From Cupriavidus necator (lineage in GTDB: Bacteria; Pseudomonadota; Gammaproteobacteria; Burkholderiales; Burkholderiaceae), in the NCBI RefSeq assembly GCF_016127575.1, contig NZ_CP066020.1, forward strand, positions 360,001-392,000: DNA of 32,000 nucleotides, read 5' to 3'. The notes beneath the pieces are model-generated. The model had not been told where the DNA came from. It did no database searches and was given only the letters and a program-made list of their open reading frames with translations. This document shows, one piece after another, positions 16,542 to 23,052 of this stretch; the first letter of the stretch is position 1; every line of letters starts with the position of its first letter. The translations under genes and the position numbers were made by a program.

Positions 16542-16626
16542 CAGGTGTTAGCTGCGGGTCAACAGGTCTCAACAGGTGATAGCTGTTCACACCCTGGTGT
16601 CACTTGCTTACACTTGGTGACACCAG
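16542..16626. repeat. Operator or centromere-like cluster of direct and inverted repeats in the ParM-like leader
   Basis: Direct repeat CAGGTGTTAGCTG (16542-16554) and CAGGTGATAGCTG (16573-16585). TCAACAGGT occurs twice, 10 bp apart (16559, 16569). Perfect inverted repeat CTGGTGTCAC (16594-16603) and GTGACACCAG (16617-16626). CACTTG occurs twice. Confidence 0.75.
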
Positions 16627-16700
16627 ATAGCCCGTGCTGTCATAGGTCTAACATCACCACCGCGCTCCGACTACGTTCAACTTGCCAAGGAGAGCTTCAA

Positions 16701-17699
16701 ATGAGCACCAATACCATTGCGGTCGATGTCGGCTATGGAAACACCAAATTTGCCTTCCCCCTCGGCGCAGACGTGGCAGCCAGCATGTTTCCGTCGCTGG
16801 CCCCCACGCGCTCGGCATCCAGCCTTGCCAGCCACGGCGGTGGCTACTTCCAGGCTCGCGATGTGGTCCATGTGACTGTTGATGGCGCCGAATACGAGGT
16901 GGGCCCAGACGTCTCGATCACCTCGGCCTATGGCAACAACGGGCGCACCTTGTCGGAAGATTTCGTTACCACGCCTGAGTATGCAGCCCTGCTGTTTGGT
17001 GCGCTTCACTATTCCCAGGCCAGGGACGTAGGCCAACTCATCCTCGGCCTTCCCGTCCATACGCTGCAGAAGTACGCCGGCGCCTTGCAGGAGCGATTCA
17101 CCGGCGCCCATGACTTCGGCGCCGGCGACGTCACGATCAAGCGGGTCGTCGCGCTTCCCCAACCCCTCGGCTCGCTGGTGACCTTTATGCGCCAGTCGGG
17201 GAAGGAACTGGATCCCGACGACAATTGCCTGATCGTGGATGTCGGCTACTTCACCACCGACTGGGTTGTCGCCCGCGGCTACATGATGGACGACACCCGT
17301 AGCGGCGGCGTGCCGGGTGGGTCCTCTCGGATCTACAAGCAGGTGGCCACGCTCCTCTCCGCCGACGAAGGCGGCGAGCCAACCGGAGACATTGAGCGCA
17401 TCGACAAGGCGCTGCGCCAGGGAAAGCTTATGCGCTACTACGAAAAGATGGTCGACCTGCGGCCGTACTTCGAAGTCGCCAAGGCCCAGTGCCAAATGGC
17501 TGTGAAGGAGATGCAGACCCGGGTGGGTCGCACGGAAGATATTGCGGCGATCGTCCTGACCGGTGGCGGTAGCGCCCTATACTCCGGCGCCATCCGCGCG
17601 GCCTTCCCGCGCTCGCACATCGTCGCCATGGATTCCCCCTGCTTCGCCAATGTCCGGGGCTTCTTCGACATCGGCAGCGCGCGTCAAGCCCGGGGCTGA
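16701..17699 (+). CDS. ParM/StbA-like actin-fold segregation ATPase (332 aa)
   Basis: IAVDVGYGNTKFA (phosphate 1), LIVDVGYFTTDW (phosphate 2), IVLTGGGSALY (adenosine motif). AAGGAGAG lies upstream of the ATG at 16701. Confidence 0.85.
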   Translation: MSTNTIAVDVGYGNTKFAFPLGADVAASMFPSLAPTRSASSLASHGGGYFQARDVVHVTVDGAEYEVGPDVSITSAYGNNGRTLSEDFVTTPEYAALLFGALHYSQARDVGQLILGLPVHTLQKYAGALQERFTGAHDFGAGDVTIKRVVALPQPLGSLVTFMRQSGKELDPDDNCLIVDVGYFTTDWVVARGYMMDDTRSGGVPGGSSRIYKQVATLLSADEGGEPTGDIERIDKALRQGKLMRYYEKMVDLRPYFEVAKAQCQMAVKEMQTRVGRTEDIAAIVLTGGGSALYSGAIRAAFPRSHIVAMDSPCFANVRGFFDIGSARQARG

Positions 17700-17709
17700 G
17701 TAACTGACT

Positions 17710-18261
17710 ATGGAAAAGCTCGCGATCAAAGTTGCCCTCAGCCCGCTGACGACACCGCGGCTTTGCGCACAACTCGCCGAGATCAGCGATCCCCGCCTGC
17801 GGGCGGAGGTGCTCCGTCGCCTGGCGGAGTTGGGCGCGGAAGCAATTCTTTCGGCGGGTAGCGGCGCAGCTGTGCAACCGCCCGCCGGCGGGATCCTTGC
17901 TGCGCTTACCTACCGGCCAGACAGAAATCCCCCTCCCACCCCTGCACCTGCACCTGCACCTACCCCTGCACCTGCACCTACACCTACACCTACACCTACA
18001 CCTACACCTGCGCCTGCACCTACACCTGCGCCTGCACCGGGTCCGGCTCCGGCTCCGGTTCAGGCGCTGGCTCCGTCCAGCGCAGCCCCAACTCGCCTCG
18101 AAGCCCAGCCAGCAGACACCATTGCCATGAGCTCGCAAGCCGCCTCCCAGGCATCGGTCAGCAACATTGCGCCCCAGGAACCTGAGGGCCAAACGGTTGG
18201 CCCTCAGGGCAATCTGGACCTGAACGCTGTGAACTCGGCGATGTCCAGGTTCTTCGATTGA
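17710..18261 (+). CDS. Protein with a ~45-aa N-terminal domain, a long Pro-Ala/Pro-Thr linker and a C-terminal tail (183 aa); positional equivalent of a ParM adaptor
   Basis: The start is 10 nt after the ParM-like stop. Contains ...PPPTPAPAPAPTPAPAPTPTPTPTPTPAPAPTPAPAPGPAPAPV... Confidence 0.7.
   Translation: MEKLAIKVALSPLTTPRLCAQLAEISDPRLRAEVLRRLAELGAEAILSAGSGAAVQPPAGGILAALTYRPDRNPPPTPAPAPAPTPAPAPTPTPTPTPTPAPAPTPAPAPGPAPAPVQALAPSSAAPTRLEAQPADTIAMSSQAASQASVSNIAPQEPEGQTVGPQGNLDLNAVNSAMSRFFD
17935..18057 (+). repeat. In-frame tandem hexanucleotide repeat (CCTRCA/CCTGCG/CCGGCT), about 20 units
   Basis: Read directly: cctgcacctgcacctgcacctacccctgcacctgcacctacacctacacctacacctacacctacacctgcgcctgcacc... 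Confidence 0.9.
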
Positions 18262-18338
18262 GCCCGAACGGTTACCCTTGACTCCCCCGAATTCCATGGC
18301 AATCTAGAATCAACCAACCAGCCAAAGGAACCATCAAC

Positions 18339-18470
18339 ATGCAGTTCTTCGACTATCTATCGACCAATCATGACATCAATCGCTTCGTGTTCGCAGTAGT
18401 GATCTGCTATTGCGTCATCGAGGCGGTGGTGCACTGCTATCGCGGTGCCAAGGCACGGAAGGCAGGCTGA
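18339..18470 (+). CDS. Small hydrophobic protein (43 aa), below the ORF-track size cutoff
   Basis: My own translation is MQFFDYLSTNHDINRFVFAVVICYCVIEAVVHCYRGAKARKAG. AAGGA lies 9 nt upstream, and the terminator at 18505 follows. Confidence 0.45.
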   Translation: MQFFDYLSTNHDINRFVFAVVICYCVIEAVVHCYRGAKARKAG

Positions 18471-18504
18471 ACTCGCAGCCGGCGTCCCGGCCGTAAACGA
18501 AAAT

Positions 18505-18532
18505 AGCCCAGCAATTGCTGGGCTTTGTCGTT
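18505..18532. terminator. Bidirectional terminator between the convergent + and - strand operons
   Basis: AGCCCAGC-AATT-GCTGGGCT forms an 8-bp stem, preceded by GAAAAT and followed by TTGTCGTT. Confidence 0.6.
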
Positions 18533-18547
18533 AATGGGAAGGCCGGC

Positions 18548-18754
18548 TCAGTGCAGCGTCGGCAAGCAGAAATCGAATGCAGAGTCGAGAGACAGGCTGC
18601 GTTCTACCAACACCATCCGGCCGGATTCGTCGCGGCGATAGATGTGGAAGAACTGGGCCTCCGACTGGCCAGCCTGCACATCACGGTTCGGCGTGCTCCG
18701 CATGGCGTGAATGTGCAGTCTGTTGACGATCATGGTGAAGCCCTTCTGCGGCAT
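18548..18754 (-). CDS. Hypothetical small protein (68 aa)
   Basis: ATG at 18754 with GGAG 7 nt upstream. MPQKGFTMIVNRLHIHAMRSTPNRDVQAGQSEAQFFHIYRRDESGRMVLVERSL... The start is uncertain; an alternative ATG lies at 18733. Confidence 0.45.
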   Translation of the reverse strand: MPQKGFTMIVNRLHIHAMRSTPNRDVQAGQSEAQFFHIYRRDESGRMVLVERSLSLDSAFDFCLPTLH

Positions 18755-18856
18755 TGCATTCTCCAGAGAGACCTGCCACGCGGGGGACTCCGCCCCTGTG
18801 GGGCGGACCCACAGGGCAGAGGTTGAAAGTGATGCCACCAGGCGGTGGCGGAAAGG

Positions 18857-19939
18857 TCAGGCTGCGACGGCAGCCGGTTGGGACATCTGGCGAAGTTGGT
18901 ACTCCGTTCGCCACTGATCGCAAAAGTCCGTGCCACGGACTTTCGGGCGATGCAGCACAACAGTAAAGCCAGCGGCGCGCAACCGTTTCTGCAGCGTCAG
19001 TGCGTCGGCCATCCCGGGGGACTTGCCCGTCTTCACGTCGACCGTGTCGAAGTCCGCAAAGATGTGCACGGTATGGATGCCCAAGCCATCTGGCACAACA
19101 AATCTGCTCAGCTCGACGCGGTTCAGACAGAACCAGGTCGGCACGCGGAAAAGCATGTAGGCGGCATACGCGCTCTCGAGGCCCTCGGCGACGCCGATCT
19201 CCCCGTTACGCGGTGACATCAAGCGCACTGCCCCACCATCAAGCGGCAACGCTGTCAGGTAGTTTCGCTTCGAGGGTAAGATCTCGCCGTCCTTTGAAAT
19301 GACGAGTGCCTTCTCAGCCTTGTGAGGATCCAACGAAGTCCGGTGGACCGTCGCAATCCTTCCATCTGGCAGACGATACTCAGCAACGATCGTTGGATAC
19401 CGACCTACGATCTCCTTCTCATGCCAGTACTCCTGTGTTGCCAGCCGCAATCCCTGCGGCAATGGCGCGCACAAGCCAGGAACACGGGTAGCCAGGTAAC
19501 GCATGCCATGGTCACCCGCCGTCAATGGCTTCGACGTACTGACTTGCTTCATCACGCAGCGCAACAGATCTGCGGGACTCATAGCCTCCCGTCGTGATGG
19601 CCGCGGCTTATGGGAGACGACCGGAACGGGATCAATGGACTGGCCGTTCAGCCGGCACTTCAACTCCAAGTAAGACATGTCGGTGTATCGCCGGACAAGC
19701 TCAAGGCCGTCGCCGCCAGCAGGGCTGCCGTCGTTGCACTTTCGGCATACCCAATCCCCGCGATTCCGCTTGCGGGTGTAGGTAAATCGATCGCGCCCAC
19801 CACACATCGGACACGGTCCAGGGCGGCCGCGCCAGAAGGCGTCGGTAAGGGCGGACGCTGGCAGGTACTGCGCAACCAGAGCGTCCCATTGGTCAGACGA
19901 CCAGCTCGCAACAATTTCACTAAGGTCTTTCATCTTCAT
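18857..19939 (-). CDS. Primase-like protein with a P4-alpha-type zinc ribbon plus a Toprim-like domain (360 aa)
   Basis: GPCPMCGGRDRFTYTRKRNRGDWVCRKCNDGSPAGGDGLELV is the CPxCGGxDRF primase zinc-binding signature. The C-terminal half contains GVAEGLESA and IFADFD acidic motifs. GGAG lies 8 nt upstream of the ATG at 19939. Confidence 0.85.
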   Translation of the reverse strand: MKMKDLSEIVASWSSDQWDALVAQYLPASALTDAFWRGRPGPCPMCGGRDRFTYTRKRNRGDWVCRKCNDGSPAGGDGLELVRRYTDMSYLELKCRLNGQSIDPVPVVSHKPRPSRREAMSPADLLRCVMKQVSTSKPLTAGDHGMRYLATRVPGLCAPLPQGLRLATQEYWHEKEIVGRYPTIVAEYRLPDGRIATVHRTSLDPHKAEKALVISKDGEILPSKRNYLTALPLDGGAVRLMSPRNGEIGVAEGLESAYAAYMLFRVPTWFCLNRVELSRFVVPDGLGIHTVHIFADFDTVDVKTGKSPGMADALTLQKRLRAAGFTVVLHRPKVRGTDFCDQWRTEYQLRQMSQPAAVAA

Positions 19940-20094
19940 GGGATGACTCCGGGTGGAGTAGGTTTGTCGATGCCTGAGACAGGCGGAGAAACGCTTGCTC
20001 AAAAGACATCCCGGCAGAAGCCAGAAGGTCTTTTCAGCATCGCGTATGCGAAAGCGAATGGGGAATGGCCGAAATGGCCGGGAAAAGGAGACTG

Positions 20095-20119
20095 CTGCTA
20101 CCGGTGGATCCGGTAGCAG
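20095..20119 (-). terminator. Hairpin downstream of ssb (possible attenuator or terminator)
   Basis: CTGCTACCGG-TGGAT-CCGGTAGCAG forms a perfect 10-bp stem. The - strand T-run (CCTTTTCC) starts only 8 nt after the stem. Confidence 0.35.
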
Positions 20120-20152
20120 GCAGTTAAAACAGATGCGTCGACGAGCTGCACG

Positions 20153-20719
20153 TCAGTACCGCGGCGCGCCGTCGTTGCGGAACGGAATGCCATCGAGCGC
20201 GGCAGGCCGGGCGAAGGGGATGTCTTCGTTGAAATCTCCGAAGCCATTCGACGGCGGCTGTGCAGGCTGTCGACGCGCCGGCGGCTGGCGCTGCCCCGTT
20301 GGGGCCGACCGCTGCGCACTGGCAGGACTTTGCTGCGACGCCGAGCGATCCGTACCGGAATCGCTATCGCCATCGCTGGCACCTCCGCGACCGCCAAGCA
20401 TTTGCATCTGATCTGCGACGATCTCGGTGCTGTACTTGTCCTGGCCGGACTGGTCCTGCCACTTGCGCGTACGAATGCGGCCCTCGATGTAGACCGACGA
20501 GCCCTTGCGCAGGTACTGGCCAGCAATCTCTGCCAGCTTGCCGAACATCGAGACGCGGTGCCACTCAGTGGCTTCCTTCATCTCGCCACTCTGCTTGTCC
20601 TTGTACCGATCGGTGGTAGCGATGCGAAGATTCGCCACAGCGTCGCCACTGGGCATGTACCGGACTTCGGGGTCAGCTCCGAGGTTGCCGACGAGAATCA
20701 CTTTGTTCACGGATGCCAT
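20153..20719 (-). CDS. ssb: Single-stranded DNA-binding protein (188 aa) with an extended C-terminus
   Basis: [56 protein letters not shown] is an OB fold, followed by a Gly/Ser/Gln/Pro linker, then FNEDIPF followed by 19 further residues. AAGGAAA lies upstream. Confidence 0.95.
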   Translation of the reverse strand: MASVNKVILVGNLGADPEVRYMPSGDAVANLRIATTDRYKDKQSGEMKEATEWHRVSMFGKLAEIAGQYLRKGSSVYIEGRIRTRKWQDQSGQDKYSTEIVADQMQMLGGRGGASDGDSDSGTDRSASQQSPASAQRSAPTGQRQPPARRQPAQPPSNGFGDFNEDIPFARPAALDGIPFRNDGAPRY

Positions 20720-20731
20720 GTTGTTTCCTTG

Positions 20732-21517
20732 TCAATGAATGCGGTTCACTTGCCAGACCCACCGGTCCCAAAGCTTTTGTTCGCCGGTGGCAGGGTCCAG
20801 AATTGGGCGCCCGGTCGCATGATGGAAGGCGGGCACCTTCTCCTTGTGCAAGCGCTTGATACCTACGCGGTCGCCGATGTTGCAAGCGACGTCAGCCAGG
20901 GCGTCTTTCAGACCTTCACCTTGTAGCGTCTTCTCGCCGGCACTAGTGTCCAACCTGACCGCAAAGGATGTGTACGTCGCCTTGCCGCCGGGCTTGCGAT
21001 TCGGGAATTCCATTTCGCCCCACTCGATCAGCGTGCCGACCGTATAGTTGGACCGGGAGGCATGCCCTTCTTGACGGGCCTCCGCCGAATTGGCCGGTGC
21101 GCGGTGCGGCATCTGACGCTCAGCGCGGCCTGATTGTCGCGAGTCGGCCGAGTTCTCTGGGCCTGCAGGCGTTGCCACGGGCTGGCGCTCCTTCGCCTGG
21201 CGCATGACGGATTCGGCGACGGACTGCGGCGTTACGCCATCGCCCTCGTGCCGCCCGAGCTTGCTCCAGCGCGGAACGACTTCCGGAAGGACCTTGTCGC
21301 CGTATGCCGTATGCTGAATCTGGCTATCGAAGACGGCAACGAAGTGAACGACATGGTCGCCTTCATCACGAAACAGGTTCGGGACGCCATTGATCTGGAT
21401 CTGGTACTCATTGTCCGCGCCGGTGCCCACCGGGACTTCATCCGCGCGCAGCGACGGCGCAGCCGGCTGGCCCATGATGGCGGCAGCGGCTTGCTTGATG
21501 ACCTGGAACAGTGTCAT
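20732..21517 (-). CDS. Hypothetical protein (261 aa) with two globular parts joined by a low-complexity linker
   Basis: ATG at 21517, 8 nt after the upstream stop. MTLFQVIKQAAAAIMG... The C-terminal part is YTVGTLIEWGEMEFPNRKPGGKATYTSFAVRLDTSAGEKTLQGEGLKDALADVACNIGDRVGIKRL. Confidence 0.7.
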   Translation of the reverse strand: MTLFQVIKQAAAAIMGQPAAPSLRADEVPVGTGADNEYQIQINGVPNLFRDEGDHVVHFVAVFDSQIQHTAYGDKVLPEVVPRWSKLGRHEGDGVTPQSVAESVMRQAKERQPVATPAGPENSADSRQSGRAERQMPHRAPANSAEARQEGHASRSNYTVGTLIEWGEMEFPNRKPGGKATYTSFAVRLDTSAGEKTLQGEGLKDALADVACNIGDRVGIKRLHKEKVPAFHHATGRPILDPATGEQKLWDRWVWQVNRIH

Positions 21518-21525
21518 GGTTTGGC

Positions 21526-21954
21526 TCAAAGAAGAGACCCGCAGCACATGCGCTTCACTCCATCGAGGTCGGCACGCAAGCGGGCGTTGTTGAGAATCAC
21601 GTCCTGCAAGACTTCCGGGCTAACCCCGCAGACTGCACAGACATAGCTATAGGGAAGTGCTCCATCCCAGTATCCAAAGATCCAGCCCAAAGTCATGGAG
21701 TACTCCTCCAGTTCCAGTGGCTTGTTCTTGATACGGGCGCGCAGCAACTCAGCGCAGTCGATCAGCGATTCCGGCATGTTGTCGCCGCGGCGACTGTCGC
21801 AGGCCAGGCTGATCAAGGCGTCGACCATCCCTTCTCTTACCGATTCGCTCCAAAGCGAGGGGTCCGGTAATGGCTCGACCTTGGGAGGGGGGAGAACGAT
21901 GACGGCAGCTTCACCAAAGAAGTCCAGCTGCCATCCTGCTGTCGTTGATTCCAT
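21526..21954 (-). CDS. Hypothetical protein (142 aa)
   Basis: ATG at 21954 with GGAG 7 nt upstream; protein-like composition. Confidence 0.65.
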   Translation of the reverse strand: MESTTAGWQLDFFGEAAVIVLPPPKVEPLPDPSLWSESVREGMVDALISLACDSRRGDNMPESLIDCAELLRARIKNKPLELEEYSMTLGWIFGYWDGALPYSYVCAVCGVSPEVLQDVILNNARLRADLDGVKRMCCGSLL

Positions 21955-21957
21955 GAT

Positions 21958-21983
21958 GGTCTCCGGACAGGCACCCGGAGACC
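21958..21983 (-). promoter_or_regulatory. SD-containing hairpin 3 nt upstream of the start codon
   Basis: - strand reads GGTCTCCGG-(8 nt)-CCGGAGACC-atc-ATG: a 9-bp perfect stem with the GGAG inside the 3' arm. Confidence 0.4.
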
Positions 21984-22054
21984 CACCTGTCGGCGGGTAA
22001 CGAGTACCCGTGACAGGTGGAATAGGGCCGCCCAGGGGACTGGGCGGCTGGAGG

Positions 22055-22363
22055 CTAGGAACGATCGTGCGTCCCTGTACGACGGATTGGCGTCACAACT
22101 GCTGAGCGCTCGTACTTCTGCTCAGAAGGCTCCGCGGGTTGGTCAGGCGATGGTTTCGGCCCGGAGTTGTGCTCCGGCATCGAGACCTTCGGCGCGGCCG
22201 GTACTGCCCTGCTCCACTGAATCGCCTTCTCCTTCAAGTAGAAGAACGCGACTGCGGCAACAAACACACCGACGATGAAAGACTGAGAAGCCAGATACAG
22301 CGCCATGCAAAAGGCGAAGAGCTTGAGCGGGCGCTTGATCAGGTTATTGGCAAAGGATTCCAT
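22055..22363 (-). CDS. Small membrane protein (102 aa)
   Basis: LKLFAFCMALYLASQSFIVGVFVAAVAFFYL forms two hydrophobic helices, followed by a Pro/Ser/Glu-rich tail. Confidence 0.6.
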   Translation of the reverse strand: MESFANNLIKRPLKLFAFCMALYLASQSFIVGVFVAAVAFFYLKEKAIQWSRAVPAAPKVSMPEHNSGPKPSPDQPAEPSEQKYERSAVVTPIRRTGTHDRS

Positions 22364-22722
22364 GGTTTCTCACGAGAAACAGTCAAAGGGATTTCCTGGA
22401 CGGATGCCAGGCGATTATTCGATGCTCGGAAGAGCAAGGAATCCAATGAGGCGCGCTTAGAACGGCAACGCGCTTGCGACATGCCATGCATGTCGTAAGG
22501 ACGCTGCCCGAATGCGGCAATAAATGGAATGTGGCGGACCGCCAAACGGGCCTGTGCAGCCCAAGCGGAATGTCAGTGCAATCTAACCGCCGAGTCGATG
22601 CGTCAAAGACGCTAGAGGTGTCTGCACTCTACACGGCTAGTCAATGCATGACAAGTTCGCCGCATTCACATCGAGCATCGAATCGAATCGCGAGTCCAAA
22701 TCCCGAGTATTCGCAATTTCGA

Positions 22723-22738
22723 AAGGAACATGTTCCTT
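22723..22738. repeat. Perfect 16-nt palindrome AAGGAACATGTTCCTT, copy 2
   Basis: Read directly. It is identical to the core at 13842-13857 and lies in the 690-bp intergenic region. Confidence 0.9.
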
Positions 22739-22972
22739 CCAAAACTCCCGCTAACTCCCAGCAGTGGGGTTCACTTGTCTATACAACTCTACCCGTCTGA
22801 AGAGGGTGATACCTAAAATTCGATTGGTCCAAGTCGTTAAAAAGCACAGCGAAGCACTGCTGATTCGAGCTTGACTTTCGAAAGCTATCTGTTTTTCCCA
22901 AGCTTTTGAGCCATTCTGCCCCTCGACATCGGCATATGCTTCCGACCCAAGATCGCCGCATCCGTTGTCTGC

Positions 22973-22999
22973 TTGACATTTGCTTCTACCGTGTAAGTT
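22973..22999 (+). promoter_or_regulatory. Promoter-like element TTGACA-N15-TAAGTT upstream of the coiled-coil/FlhDC-like operon
   Basis: CTTGACATTTGCTTCTACCGTGTAAGTT, ending 53 nt before the ATG at 23053. Confidence 0.4.
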
Positions 23000-23052
23000 G
23001 AAGTGGCTGCCGCGATCACCGGGGCTACAACACCATTCCGTAGGGGCAACCA

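Noticed and set aside
15641-16590. Ten short track ORFs (61-134 aa) in the large intergenic region
   Set aside because: None has an SD, a plausible composition or a recognisable motif. The region is treated as non-coding.
17935-18057. The tandem repeat as a CRISPR array or non-coding VNTR
   Set aside because: The unit is only 6 nt with no spacers, and it is in frame inside a coding sequence.
17428-18297. 289-aa - strand ORF with a striking RCRCRCRC repeat
   Set aside because: It is the antisense reading of the (CCTRCA)n repeat inside the + strand PA/PT-linker gene. It has no SD and an implausible composition.
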